Source of the DNA: an uncultured Clostridium sp.
Lineage (GTDB): Bacteria > Bacillota > Clostridia > TANB77 > CAG-508
NCBI GenBank assembly: GCA_964449925.1
Contig: CAYVCM010000001.1
Location: forward strand, 10,306-74,305
Length of the DNA stretch: 64,000 nt
Direction of reading: 5' to 3'
In this document: positions 52,701 through 63,355 of the stretch, in pieces
Layout of the letters: each line of letters begins with the position of its first letter
Position numbering within the stretch: position 1 is the stretch's first letter
Notes under the pieces: generated by a model
What the model was told of the DNA's origin: nothing
The model's database searches: none
Seen by the model: the letters and a program-made list of their open reading frames with translations, nothing else
Translations under genes and position numbers: made by a program

Positions 52701-54726
52701 CTACTTCTATTTCTTGAGAAACTCTACCTATTTCTTCATTATTTGAATAAGCATTTGCTTTTTCATTTGTATATGTTACATTAATTGATTCAGGTTGTGC
52801 AATTGATGTTTTGTTTACATGAACTGTTGCATCAATGATAATGTTTGCACCTTCTACTGATTGTGATTTATATGAAGTTTGTTCACCTTCCATTTGGATT
52901 GTGATATATCTTCCATCTACTGTATAATTTGCAATTGATAATTCTTCTTCATATAAGACATTTATACTATTTATATCTATACTTTCTACTTGTTCTGGTA
53001 ATTCTATTGTAAATGTTGGGTTTTTGTATAAATCTCTTGATTCTTCATCTGTTTTTAGTATAAGTTTTATTTCAATATCATTTGAAACTACTGTTGATAA
53101 TGTATTTCTACTAAGTTCTAATCTTGTTTCTGTTACTGTTTCATTTAGTCCCATTGAAATCTCTGTTTCAGATTCTATACCTGTTGTATATGTTACTCCA
53201 TTAATAGCTAATTCTTCTAAACTATAATTGTTATATCCATATACAATTTTTGTAGCAATACTTGTTGCTGAACTTACTATACTACTATCTGATGCACCAA
53301 TTGTTTTTGTATGTGTAAATGTTAAACTTCCTTCATTAATTGGTTGTGATGTTTTGATTGTAATTGCTTTTGGATTTCTGTCTGTATAATCAATTACAAT
53401 ATTTCCATCATCGTCTGCTTCTGTTTCACTTGTTATTGTTGCAAGTAATTCATTATCTTCGTTATATATTTCAATTGTTCCTTCTGCACCAAATATGTTG
53501 TCAAAAGTTTCTTTAGAAATAGTTGTTTTATTATAGTATATGTTACTATCTACTTCTCCATTTTCTGATATATATCTACTAGCTTCTTCATTAATATATA
53601 TGTATTCTTCAATGTTTGCTAAATTAATATCTAAAGTTGTTTCACTTGTGTATTGTTTATCAATTCCAGAATATAATTTTCCTTTATATATACTTTCTTC
53701 AGAATTACTTACTGTAACTCCTATTGTAGAGTCAATTTCTTCATTAGATAAAGTAACTGTTCCTGCATTAGATGTCAATTGCTTATCATTTTGTAATGTT
53801 ACAGTTTCCTCTGTTGTGATTTGTACATCATCTAATGTTACACTTGCATCATATATATATGTTAATATGATGTTTTCTTCTCCTTGTCTTTCCCATAAGA
53901 TGGTATCATCTTCTCCTACTTCATTTGTTAATGTGATTTCAACATATCCGTTCTCATATTTATAATCAAATGCTGACATTGTGTTTAAATTAACATCATA
54001 CATAACTTCTGGTGATAGTCCACTAATTTCTGGAGCATTAATTTTTGTATAAATTTCTTTTATTGGATAATTATTATCTTGCAATCCTAAACTTAATGAT
54101 AGTTGGACAATTCTTTTGTCTTCACCATCTATTTTGATTATTTTGTTTGTAATAACTTGTATTTCATTTTTTACATTTTCATTTGTATTTGATTCAGCTA
54201 ATTGCATTGTTACTGTTCTTGTTGCATCAATATTAATATCTTTTTCTGTATTATCTCTATAAATACCTGTTAGTGTTAATTCGCTTTCTATATCTAGCAT
54301 ATCTATATTCATAACTTCTTCATCTATTGGCTCTACTATTACTTCAATTTCTGCTGTTGTTCCAACATCTAATTGATTTAAATAGACAATATTGTCAGAA
54401 ATACTACTTACATATTCACTTTCTGAACTAACAATATTAAAGTTAGAATTTGACAATGCTATTTGTCCTACAAAAAATCCCTCTGTTTTAACATTAACAG
54501 CTAAATACAAAGATATTTCTTGCATATCTGCTGTTCTTTCTAGTGTTGTTGTTGCTTGCCCATCATCATCTTTGAAATAGGCTTCAAATTCTATATTTTT
54601 GTTATTCGTACTAGTTGCATCTGCTGCATAACTAATAAGGCTCGAACCCAAAAATATAAAATTAGTCATAGTTAGTGTCATTATTAAAAGAATAACTACA
54701 CTAATTTTAAAAATCCCTTTTTTCAT
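49798..54726 (-). CDS. A'-type giant surface protein (DUF11 / conserved-repeat-domain and SdrD-B-like repeats; C-terminal SVKTG, TM helix, KRKNSKEEE)
   Basis: 1642 aa. Signal peptide MKKGIFKISVVILLIMTLTMTNFIFLGSSLISYAADA. An acidic linker precedes the SdrD-B-like module ISGYAWYDEDNDGRKSSSE...GITVRLLN. The DUF11-like module reads Y.I.VTN.GE..GYARSIVDYLPSDLEF. GGGAGGT RBS. A paralog of the A-part of 36729-45464. Confidence 0.85.
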   Translation of the reverse strand: MKKGIFKISVVILLIMTLTMTNFIFLGSSLISYAADATSTNNKNIEFEAYFKDDDGQATTTLERTADMQEISLYLAVNVKTEGFFVGQIALSNSNFNIVSSESEYVSSISDNIVYLNQLDVGTTAEIEVIVEPIDEEVMNIDMLDIESELTLTGIYRDNTEKDINIDATRTVTMQLAESNTNENVKNEIQVITNKIIKIDGEDKRIVQLSLSLGLQDNNYPIKEIYTKINAPEISGLSPEVMYDVNLNTMSAFDYKYENGYVEITLTNEVGEDDTILWERQGEENIILTYIYDASVTLDDVQITTEETVTLQNDKQLTSNAGTVTLSNEEIDSTIGVTVSNSEESIYKGKLYSGIDKQYTSETTLDINLANIEEYIYINEEASRYISENGEVDSNIYYNKTTISKETFDNIFGAEGTIEIYNEDNELLATITSETEADDDGNIVIDYTDRNPKAITIKTSQPINEGSLTFTHTKTIGASDSSIVSSATSIATKIVYGYNNYSLEELAINGVTYTTGIESETEISMGLNETVTETRLELSRNTLSTVVSNDIEIKLILKTDEESRDLYKNPTFTIELPEQVESIDINSINVLYEEELSIANYTVDGRYITIQMEGEQTSYKSQSVEGANIIIDATVHVNKTSIAQPESINVTYTNEKANAYSNNEEIGRVSQEIEVVAPKDVTAINTIEALDVETIGEDEETSVSLQRGTDAIQMEVTFEIINNNEEDLNNVYILGTFPTKTDTEENNIDIEIIDGISIENATVYYTENEDATADLEDEENAWTEELTSSTEVKKYLIVMDSIASRTLVGGSYTIEVPQNLEYNQTATEGYAITYTNAGTGTESTVSATDISMETGVGPKLETSISATVGGEELTSSSIVRNGEVIKYCIEVSNVGSEDVSDIAVTGNIPDGTVLVEPVDNYEYTGASYYTEVETNAYGTTIESLAVGEVTYVEYEVMVESDLEEGTSITGTAEINFSDVVQETNELTVTSGTGTLRAMVKRVTDRTVDLYESGTVAYYGIVKNTTSETINNVTVQTNKSDSLQVSRVTIISGVGEDEVSDDDIYIISSDNVPEVSEDDESYATSSEVTSEEIEYSDEINIGTLEPGESKIIEYIMEIGTMPADTDTVEISIVASDGTISHRSNQWIDTVNSFDIEMSMEANTEDGYVKSGDNIIYTIRVNNTSESSTNGLTISDAIPSQLTVQSVTVNGEETDITSNNVEITEEVEANSEMEIVIETVVDYVEGRTEAETITNMATASIYGEEVAETSAINHVIAADVEDDDENTTTGTDTDDGESGNIANGTQMISGYAWYDEDNDGRKSSSESTLSGITVRLLNVETNQLVRNTSGNVLEATTNSNGMYVLENLSDGQYIVIFDYDESTYSLTTYQADGVSDSENSNARTNELLIEGEKQEVASTDIISIESNNVSNINIGLIDLQTFDLKLDKYISRIITQNSTSGTTTREYTDTTTAKIELSSKEMSGTNVVIEYEIVVTNVGEVAGYARSIVDYLPSDLEFSADLNSDWYLSGNYLYTTALSNEIINPGESKTVTLTLTKTMGEDNLVTRNNAEIYEAYNNQGLDDINSTPGNNVSGENDIGYADVIISVKTGTALYISIGVIVAILVVAGVTAGIIVKRKNSKEEE

Positions 54727-54806
54727 ATTTGGTACCTCCCTTGTAACTGAATTTTGTTTTTAATCACATTTTCAGCATTATAAATTTTAAAATCATACCT
54801 ATTATT

Positions 54807-54880
54807 AATTATACCTTTTTTTTATTGATTTTTCAACTTTTTTGCTCTTTTTTTTGCTTTTTTTTTGCTTTTTTTCCGAC
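54807..54880 (-). promoter_or_regulatory. Consensus sigma-A promoter (TTGAAA-N16-TATAAT) with phased upstream A-tracts, driving the A'-B' operon
   Basis: On the minus strand: GCAAAAAAAGCAAAAAAAAAGCAAAAAAAAGAGCAAAAAAG, then TTGAAA, then AATCAATAAAAAAAAGG, then TATAAT. This lies about 80 nt upstream of the A' ATG. Confidence 0.6.
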
Positions 54881-55014
54881 CTTAGTGTACATTTTTAGTT
54901 TTATGTATACTTGTTGTGAAAATATTACAAAATTGTTACATTTTTTAATTTATGACCATATTATATTACATAGAAGTTTTTATTTTGAATATATATTTTT
55001 ATGAGGTGATTATT

Positions 55015-55497
55015 TTGGATAATTTTAATATTGATAAAAATACTATGGATAAGTTACATTCTATGCTAAATAATGGCAATTTAGCAGATATGCTTTCTCA
55101 AATTCCACCTGATACATTAAACAATCTTTCAAATATTATAAATAACTCAAATATGGAAAAATCTGAAGCTGTACATACTAGTAATTCAAATATCCCTAAT
55201 GATTACAACACTATAAACTCAAATATTATAAACAGTAATGCTTCAACAGATGAAAACACAAAAAATAATTTTGATTTTAGCCAGATAGACATGCAGCATT
55301 TAATGCAAGTCATGTCTGCAATGAGTAAAATGAACCAAAATTCTGATTCTAGAAAAAATTTATTACAGTCTTTAAAACCTTATTTAAGGGACGAAAAAAA
55401 GGAAAAGTTAGATCAATATTCAAACCTGCTAAATGTAGCTAATCTCATGAATCTTCTTAATCAGAATAATAACAAGGAGAATTTAGATGATAAATAA
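55015..55497 (+). CDS. Hypothetical Asn/Ser-rich soluble protein (TTG start)
   Basis: A GAGGTGA RBS lies 4 nt upstream of the TTG at 55015. The product MDNFNIDKNTMDKLHSMLNNGNLADMLSQ... is low-complexity and N/S-rich. It is transcribed divergently from the adhesin operon. Confidence 0.4.
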   Translation: MDNFNIDKNTMDKLHSMLNNGNLADMLSQIPPDTLNNLSNIINNSNMEKSEAVHTSNSNIPNDYNTINSNIINSNASTDENTKNNFDFSQIDMQHLMQVMSAMSKMNQNSDSRKNLLQSLKPYLRDEKKEKLDQYSNLLNVANLMNLLNQNNNKENLDDK

Positions 55498-55885
55498 TAT
55501 GCCGTTTTTTAGATTTCCGTTTCATCCTTATACACATAGATATTCTCCATCTTTTTATAAAAATAAGTATTCAACTATGAAAAATATTTCTAGTTTTGAT
55601 GAAGAAAATTCTTTAAAGTCTACGGAAAATAAAGAAAATGAAAAAAATGCAACTGCAAATTTAAAAGAGGCACAAAATATACATGCCTCTTCTAATTATC
55701 ACATTGGTCCAATTTATATTAATACCAATGGTTTTAGCGATAAGGAAAAACCACTGATAGAATTTTCTGGACAAAAATTATATTTAGATGAACTTATTAT
55801 TTTAACTTTACTATTTTTTCTTTATAAGGAAGATGTAAAAGATGAAATGTTATTTATCATTCTCATTTTATTGCTCATAACTTGA
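55487..55885 (+). CDS. Hypothetical protein with a C-terminal TM segment
   Basis: 132-aa ORF overlapping the preceding gene by 11 nt, which suggests translational coupling. C-terminal hydrophobic stretches. Confidence 0.35.
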   Translation: MINNMPFFRFPFHPYTHRYSPSFYKNKYSTMKNISSFDEENSLKSTENKENEKNATANLKEAQNIHASSNYHIGPIYINTNGFSDKEKPLIEFSGQKLYLDELIILTLLFFLYKEDVKDEMLFIILILLLIT

Positions 55886-55916
55886 TACTTATGTTAGTTT
55901 TATGTTACCTTTTTTA

Positions 55917-56528
55917 CTATTCTATAACAATTTCGTTATTTACAATGCTAACATATGCTTGTTTATGTAATGGTTCTTCATCTCTATCAATTTCTTTTAT
56001 AATGTTTGCAATTCTAATTTGTACAGTATCTAAAAGTCCAGCAGAAATAATTGCTTGTTTATTTCCTTTTGCACCTGCATGAGCTAATCCTCTCAATGCT
56101 CCTAATACAACAATATTGTCAGATGCCATGACTTCTGCTCCAGAGTTAACATCTCCTAATATAACTAAACTTCCCTCTGTTTCCATCTTTTGCCCAGAGC
56201 GTAGTGATCCTCTATGAAATTTAGTTTCAGAAATTGCAATTTCCTTATTAAAAGTCCTAGTAATACTTGAAAGTCCTAATGCTTTTGGCATATCAAAATC
56301 GATTTCCACATCAATATTACGTTTTATTAGTGCTTGTATTTCATCAATTTCCTTATTTTTTAAGATTTTTCCTGTGACTGTGATAGGTGTTTTTTCATTT
56401 TTGTACATCTTTTTTAGTTCAGGAAGTTTTTTTCTTAAATTTTCTATAATGTCTTTTTGTTCTGCATTATCATTAATTTTAATTACGATTTCATTTTTCC
56501 TTAAATTAATACTGACACAATTCTTCAT
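55917..56528 (-). CDS. minC: Septum site-determining protein MinC
   Basis: 203 aa. The C-terminal beta-helix region VILGDVNSGAEVMASDNIVVLGALRGLAHAGAKGNKQAIISAG is typical of MinC. It lies downstream of the mreBCD-mrdA cluster. Confidence 0.8.
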   Translation of the reverse strand: MKNCVSINLRKNEIVIKINDNAEQKDIIENLRKKLPELKKMYKNEKTPITVTGKILKNKEIDEIQALIKRNIDVEIDFDMPKALGLSSITRTFNKEIAISETKFHRGSLRSGQKMETEGSLVILGDVNSGAEVMASDNIVVLGALRGLAHAGAKGNKQAIISAGLLDTVQIRIANIIKEIDRDEEPLHKQAYVSIVNNEIVIE

Positions 56529-56575
56529 TTTTACATCCTGCCTTTCTGGAATTATAATTTGTCTGAATTTTTATT

Positions 56576-58714
56576 TTATCTTAGTGATTGGTTATAATTT
56601 GTAGCACTCATATCTTCATCTACTTCTTCTGTATTCATTCCAAAATATTCTTGCATAATTTCTACTACTGCTTCTGCTGTATAGTTTCCATGTCCTCCAT
56701 TTTCTACCATAATAACTACTGCAATTTCTGGATCCTCAAATGGTGCAAACCCTACAAACCATGCGTTTACAATATCATTACCATCTGCATCTGTTCCAGC
56801 TTCTGCAGAACCTGTCTTTCCACCAACAGATATGTCAAAATCTTGAAATCTAACATAAGCTGTACCAGAAGTGTCACTTGTAACAGATTGCATTCCCTCT
56901 AAGATAATATCTAAGTAATCTTGATTAATTTCTAAATCTTCACTATCATCGTCTTCTAGTCCTAATTTTTCATTAACAAAATTGTTTATTTCCTCTGATG
57001 AGACTTCTGTACCATCTGGATTAATAATACTTTTAACAATTGTCACATCTATGTCATTTCCTCCATTTGCTAACATGCTAACATATTTAGCGATTTGTAA
57101 TGGACTAAAACTATCTAATCCTTGCCCAATAGATGCATTTATTGTGTCTCCACTATACCATGATTCTCCTGTTGATGATTCTTTGTATTCTGGTGTTGCC
57201 ATTGCTCCTGATGTTTCACTTGGTAATTCTATTCCAGTTTTAACACCTAGTCCAAAATAATTTGCGTATTTTGCAAGTGTAGTTATTCCCATTCTATCTC
57301 CTGTTTCATAGAAGAAATAGTTACATGATCTTTCAATAGCTTGTGATACAGTTAAACGCCCATGTCCTTTATGATAATCTGTGTAATACCAACATGGCCA
57401 TGTTTCTCCATATTTTACATATTGCCCTGTATCATTAATTGTTTCTGTTGTTGTAATAACACCTGATTCTAGTCCAGCTATCGCTGTAATCATTTTGAAT
57501 ATTGAACCTGGTGCATAAGAATTTTGTACTGCTTTATTCATTAATGGTTTTGCTTCATCTGTACTGTATTGGGTCCATTTTTCTGTACTAATCCCACCCA
57601 CAAAATCTGATGGGTCATAGTCTGGATAACTTGCCATTGCTAAGACTTCACCTGTTTTTACATTCATTACCACACAACTACCAGCCTGTGCATCATATGC
57701 TGTTCCAAATCCACCTGATGCAATTTTTTGGATATTTGCTTCTAATGCATCTTCTACAACTTGTTGTAGGTTTGCATCTATTGTTAGTACCACATCACAT
57801 CCTGCAACTGCCTCTTCTGCTGTATATTCGGCAGTAATTGTTCCATCGACTGCCATGTCGATTTGTTTTACCCCATCTTGTCCTTTTAAATATTCTTCAA
57901 ATACATATTCAATACCTGTTTTTCCAATAATGTCATTTTGATCATATGTATCTTGTCTTGTTGCATATTCTTCTGCACTAATTGTTGATGCATATCCTAA
58001 AATATGAGAAGCTAATGTGCCAGATGTATATTCTCTAACTGGCTCTGTTACAATATTGATTCCTGGAAATTTATCACTACTTTCTGAAAATTCTGCAACG
58101 GCTTCTCTTGGAATATCTTCTGCAATTGTTAGAGCTTGTGTACTGCTATACCCTGTTGTTGTAATTTCATATCTTATAGCAATAATTTTTCTAATTTCTG
58201 AGATATCTGTATTTGTGATTTCATATCTATCTTTAAAGTCATAAAAAGCTTCTTCAGCAGTTGCATCTTCATCTAAATCATATGTTTCTTTCCATTCTGC
58301 TAATGTTTCATCACTAATGGTGTATTCAAAAGGATCTATTGTAATTGGAAAAGAATCTACATAATCTACTTCATATGATTCTAATAGATTTACAATGTTT
58401 AAAATAGATTCATTTAATTCATCATCATCAATTTTGGTTTTATATAATTCTACACTAAATTGTGTTGTATTTGTAACTAATTCTGTACCTGTTCTATCTA
58501 AGATTTTTCCTCTTGCTGCCTTTAATGTAGTTTCTCTAGTTAATCTTGTGTTTGATTCTTCTAGGTATTCAGAACCATGTACAATTTGTAAATTAAATAG
58601 TTGAATGATTAGAACTATACCAACTAAGTATGTAATTACTGTTAATATATTAAATCGCAAATTCAAATTTGTTTTTGCTTTTTTCTTTTTTCTTTTAAAA
58701 TTTAATCCCTTCAA
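56576..58714 (-). CDS. mrdA: Penicillin-binding protein 2 (elongation transpeptidase)
   Basis: 712 aa. N-terminal TM helix, dimerisation domain and a transpeptidase domain with motifs SIFK (SxxK), SCN (SxN) and KTGS (KTG). It follows mreD. Confidence 0.9.
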   Translation of the reverse strand: MKGLNFKRKKKKAKTNLNLRFNILTVITYLVGIVLIIQLFNLQIVHGSEYLEESNTRLTRETTLKAARGKILDRTGTELVTNTTQFSVELYKTKIDDDELNESILNIVNLLESYEVDYVDSFPITIDPFEYTISDETLAEWKETYDLDEDATAEEAFYDFKDRYEITNTDISEIRKIIAIRYEITTTGYSSTQALTIAEDIPREAVAEFSESSDKFPGINIVTEPVREYTSGTLASHILGYASTISAEEYATRQDTYDQNDIIGKTGIEYVFEEYLKGQDGVKQIDMAVDGTITAEYTAEEAVAGCDVVLTIDANLQQVVEDALEANIQKIASGGFGTAYDAQAGSCVVMNVKTGEVLAMASYPDYDPSDFVGGISTEKWTQYSTDEAKPLMNKAVQNSYAPGSIFKMITAIAGLESGVITTTETINDTGQYVKYGETWPCWYYTDYHKGHGRLTVSQAIERSCNYFFYETGDRMGITTLAKYANYFGLGVKTGIELPSETSGAMATPEYKESSTGESWYSGDTINASIGQGLDSFSPLQIAKYVSMLANGGNDIDVTIVKSIINPDGTEVSSEEINNFVNEKLGLEDDDSEDLEINQDYLDIILEGMQSVTSDTSGTAYVRFQDFDISVGGKTGSAEAGTDADGNDIVNAWFVGFAPFEDPEIAVVIMVENGGHGNYTAEAVVEIMQEYFGMNTEEVDEDMSATNYNQSLR

Positions 58715-58750
58715 GACTTCACCGTCCTTTATTTTTAATTTTTTTTACTA

Positions 58751-59293
58751 TTAAAAATATCTGGTTAAGATTTTGTTACCTTTATATGTATTTTCTATAC
58801 CATATCCACATGTTTGCATTAATGGATAAAAAATTATTACAATAATTAAGTTATATATAATTTCAATAGATAATATTCTTATAAAATTTATAATTTCTAC
58901 ATTTGTACTAAATACAAAATAATTTAATATATATACAATAACTTCATATATTAATGTGGCACCTAATACCATAAACATAATTGTTGCTCTACTATCTTTT
59001 GAAAAATTTTTATCAAATGTTGCTGCTAAAAATCCTATTAAACCTAGTCCAGCTGCATAGATACCAATTTGCATGCCTATTACTAAATCTAAAATTGCTC
59101 CTATTACTACTCCATATACTACTCCTGTTATACGATTAGTAAATAATCCAATAAATAAAATAAATATGACAAATAGATTTGGCATTACACCAGAGATTGT
59201 AAACCAACTAAAAAAATCGGACTGTAAAAAATATATAATGAATGCTGCTAATATAAGAAGTATATTAATCATAAATTTTTTCAATGGTTTCAC
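58751..59293 (-). CDS. mreD: Rod shape-determining protein MreD
   Basis: 180-aa polytopic membrane protein downstream of mreC. Confidence 0.8.
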   Translation of the reverse strand: MKPLKKFMINILLILAAFIIYFLQSDFFSWFTISGVMPNLFVIFILFIGLFTNRITGVVYGVVIGAILDLVIGMQIGIYAAGLGLIGFLAATFDKNFSKDSRATIMFMVLGATLIYEVIVYILNYFVFSTNVEIINFIRILSIEIIYNLIIVIIFYPLMQTCGYGIENTYKGNKILTRYF

Positions 59294-59297
59294 CCCT

Positions 59298-60113
59298 TTA
59301 TTGATTTGTTATTACTAATACTGTATCTAATTTATCAAAATCCACAGCTGTTTGAACAATTGCATATCTGTCTGTTGAATTTTGGGTATTAACAACTTTT
59401 TCTATTGTTCCAACATGAATACCTTTAGGATAAATTCCTCCTAATCCTGATGTTACTACACTATCTCCCTGTAAAATACTATCATCATCTGGTATATATA
59501 CTGCTTTTAAAGAAGAATCTTCTTCTAAAGTACCTCTACATACTATACTTTCTTCTGTTGTACTCAACAAACAACTAACAGAATTTGATGTGTCTATGAT
59601 TGTTCTTACTTTAGCTGTATCACTTGTTACAGAAATAACATGTCCCACTAAACCTTGGTCAGCAATAACTGTCATATTTTCTTCTATTCCATCATCACTA
59701 CCAACATTAATTACAATTGTTTTTGAATAGTTACTAATATCTTTGTTTATAATATATGCTGGCACTGTGCTATATTCAGCATATTTTTCTGTTAAATCTA
59801 AATATTCTTTTAAGGTTTCATTTTCAGATCTTATGCTTTCCAACTCTCTTAATGATTGCTCTAATTCACTGTTTTCTTGCCTTAATTCTTCATTTTCTTG
59901 TTCTAGATTATTGATATCTGTAAAAAATGTACTGTTCCCACTAATTCCATTTTTTATATAGGTTAATCCATTTTGTATGGGCATAACTAATTTGCTAACT
60001 GCATTTTCAAGAAATGAAGTCCCACTATCCACATTTGAAAGTATAACAATGAAAATTAAAATAATAATGGTGATAACAATTCCTGCTATCTCTGCTTTTT
60101 TATTTTTATACAT
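59298..60113 (-). CDS. mreC: Rod shape-determining protein MreC
   Basis: 271 aa. N-terminal TM helix, a coiled-coil (EQENEELRQENSELEQSLRELES) and C-terminal beta domains. It sits between mreB and mreD. Confidence 0.85.
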   Translation of the reverse strand: MYKNKKAEIAGIVITIIILIFIVILSNVDSGTSFLENAVSKLVMPIQNGLTYIKNGISGNSTFFTDINNLEQENEELRQENSELEQSLRELESIRSENETLKEYLDLTEKYAEYSTVPAYIINKDISNYSKTIVINVGSDDGIEENMTVIADQGLVGHVISVTSDTAKVRTIIDTSNSVSCLLSTTEESIVCRGTLEEDSSLKAVYIPDDDSILQGDSVVTSGLGGIYPKGIHVGTIEKVVNTQNSTDRYAIVQTAVDFDKLDTVLVITNQ

Positions 60114-60130
60114 TTTCTACTCCTAACTTG

Positions 60131-61893
<1,763 letters not shown>

Positions 61894-62073
61894 AATATCA
61901 TTCCTTTCTTAAAATTAATATTTTGCCCCTATTAAATTTGTTACATTTTAGTAATATATTATAATTGAATCTGTAAATTTTATGTTAATATATTTTAAAT
62001 TTACAATGATTTCTATATTGGCTTGGAATGTATAATATTATTTATATTAATTTTGCCTTTGTGTTTTGTGTCT

Positions 62074-62331
62074 TTAGACTTTTTTGTAAATTAGTATTGC
62101 TAACAACATTCCAATAATACTTGCAACATTAATCTTAAACATTAATGCAAATGTAACAGTAACTACACTTAAGTCTAGTACAATAGGATCTTGTAATCCA
62201 AATGTCTGGCTATATGATAACCACCATAACCAGTCTACATTAGATGCTAACTCTCCTAGTAATCCCCCTACTACAAGTCCTGATAATACAAATACAATTA
62301 ATACCCAAACATTCTTATCTTTTGTTGCCAT
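62074..62331 (-). CDS. Small two-TM membrane protein (DUF4321-like)
   Basis: 85-aa ORF. Its hydrophobic segments are VWVLIVFVLSGLVVGGLLGELA and VVTVTFALMFKINVASIIGMLLAILIY. Confidence 0.45.
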   Translation of the reverse strand: MATKDKNVWVLIVFVLSGLVVGGLLGELASNVDWLWWLSYSQTFGLQDPIVLDLSVVTVTFALMFKINVASIIGMLLAILIYKKV

Positions 62332-62555
62332 TTTTCATACCTCCAAAATCAGCCTTTACTTCTTACGGCTATTTACTTTTTTCACATATTGGTATTATAT
62401 ATTGATTTAACATTTTTTTCAAGTAAAAAGCTTTACTTTTTTAATATTTATTGGTATATTGTTTAATATTTAAAAAATTTATTACCAAAAATTATCTATT
62501 TCAATATAATAATAATAGTAGTATAATATAATTAATAGTTTTTAAGGAGGATTTT

Positions 62556-63194
62556 TTGTATATGAAAATTGAAAAGTTAACAGAAAATAAAATCCGTGTT
62601 ATTATAAATTCTGAAGATTTAAAAAATAATAATTTAGATTATAAGACAATTATGGAAAAACCAATAGAGTCTCAAAAGTTATTCTTAGAAATGCTTTTAA
62701 GAGCAGAAAAAGAAGTTGGATTTTATACTGACGGATATAAACTTCTTGTAGAAGCTTTTTCATCTTCAGATGGATTTTTCGTTTTTACAATTACAAAATA
62801 TGATGAAAAAACTACCACTGTACCTACAAAGCCAAAAGTAAAACCTAAAAAGAAAGTTAAAAATGTAAATCCTAAAAGTTCAATTTCGATTTATCAATTT
62901 TCTGATTTTGAAGAATTTTGTGACTTTTGTACAGCCTTACATAATACAACAAAAGTGCAACCTAAACAATTGGCTAAGAATATTGCTTTGTATTTGTTCC
63001 AAGATACATATTATTTGATACTTTCTAATATAAATATAGATTATGTAAATATTCATGTTTTTTATTCTACTATTTCAGAGTTTGCAAGCTTGGCTTCTCA
63101 TTCTGAAACATTTAAGATGAAAATTTTGGAACATGGCAAGGCTATTATGAAACGAAATGCAATTGAAACAGGTATAAATTACTTTTTAACATGA
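62556..63194 (+). CDS. mecA: Adaptor protein MecA
   Basis: 212 aa. The N-terminus MKIEKLTENKIRVIINSEDLKNNNLDY...QKLFLEML...EVGFYTDGYKLLVEAFSSSDGFFVFTITK matches the MecA N-domain consensus. An AGGAGG RBS is present. Confidence 0.7.
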   Translation: MYMKIEKLTENKIRVIINSEDLKNNNLDYKTIMEKPIESQKLFLEMLLRAEKEVGFYTDGYKLLVEAFSSSDGFFVFTITKYDEKTTTVPTKPKVKPKKKVKNVNPKSSISIYQFSDFEEFCDFCTALHNTTKVQPKQLAKNIALYLFQDTYYLILSNINIDYVNIHVFYSTISEFASLASHSETFKMKILEHGKAIMKRNAIETGINYFLT

Positions 63195-63197
63195 TTT

Positions 63198-63324
63198 TTG
63201 TCTCATTGGGGATGTTTCTTTTTGAGACATTTTGGGGACGGTGATGATTTGGGGACAGAGCAAGTGATGATTTTTTGCTCCGTCCCCAAAATGTCTCAAA
63301 AAGAAACATCCCCAATGAGACAAA
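63198..63324. repeat. Family-1 palindromic repeat between the convergent mecA and M23-peptidase genes
   Basis: TGTCTCATTGGGGATGTTTCTTTTTGAGACATTTTGGGGACGG ... GATGATTTTTTGCTCCGTCCCCAAAATGTCTCAAAAAGAAACATCCCCAATGAGACA. It shares the GATGATTTTTTGCTCCGTCC module with 31041-31196. Confidence 0.85.
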
Positions 63325-63355
63325 ACGAAGATTCATTTAAGAATCCTCGTCTTTT

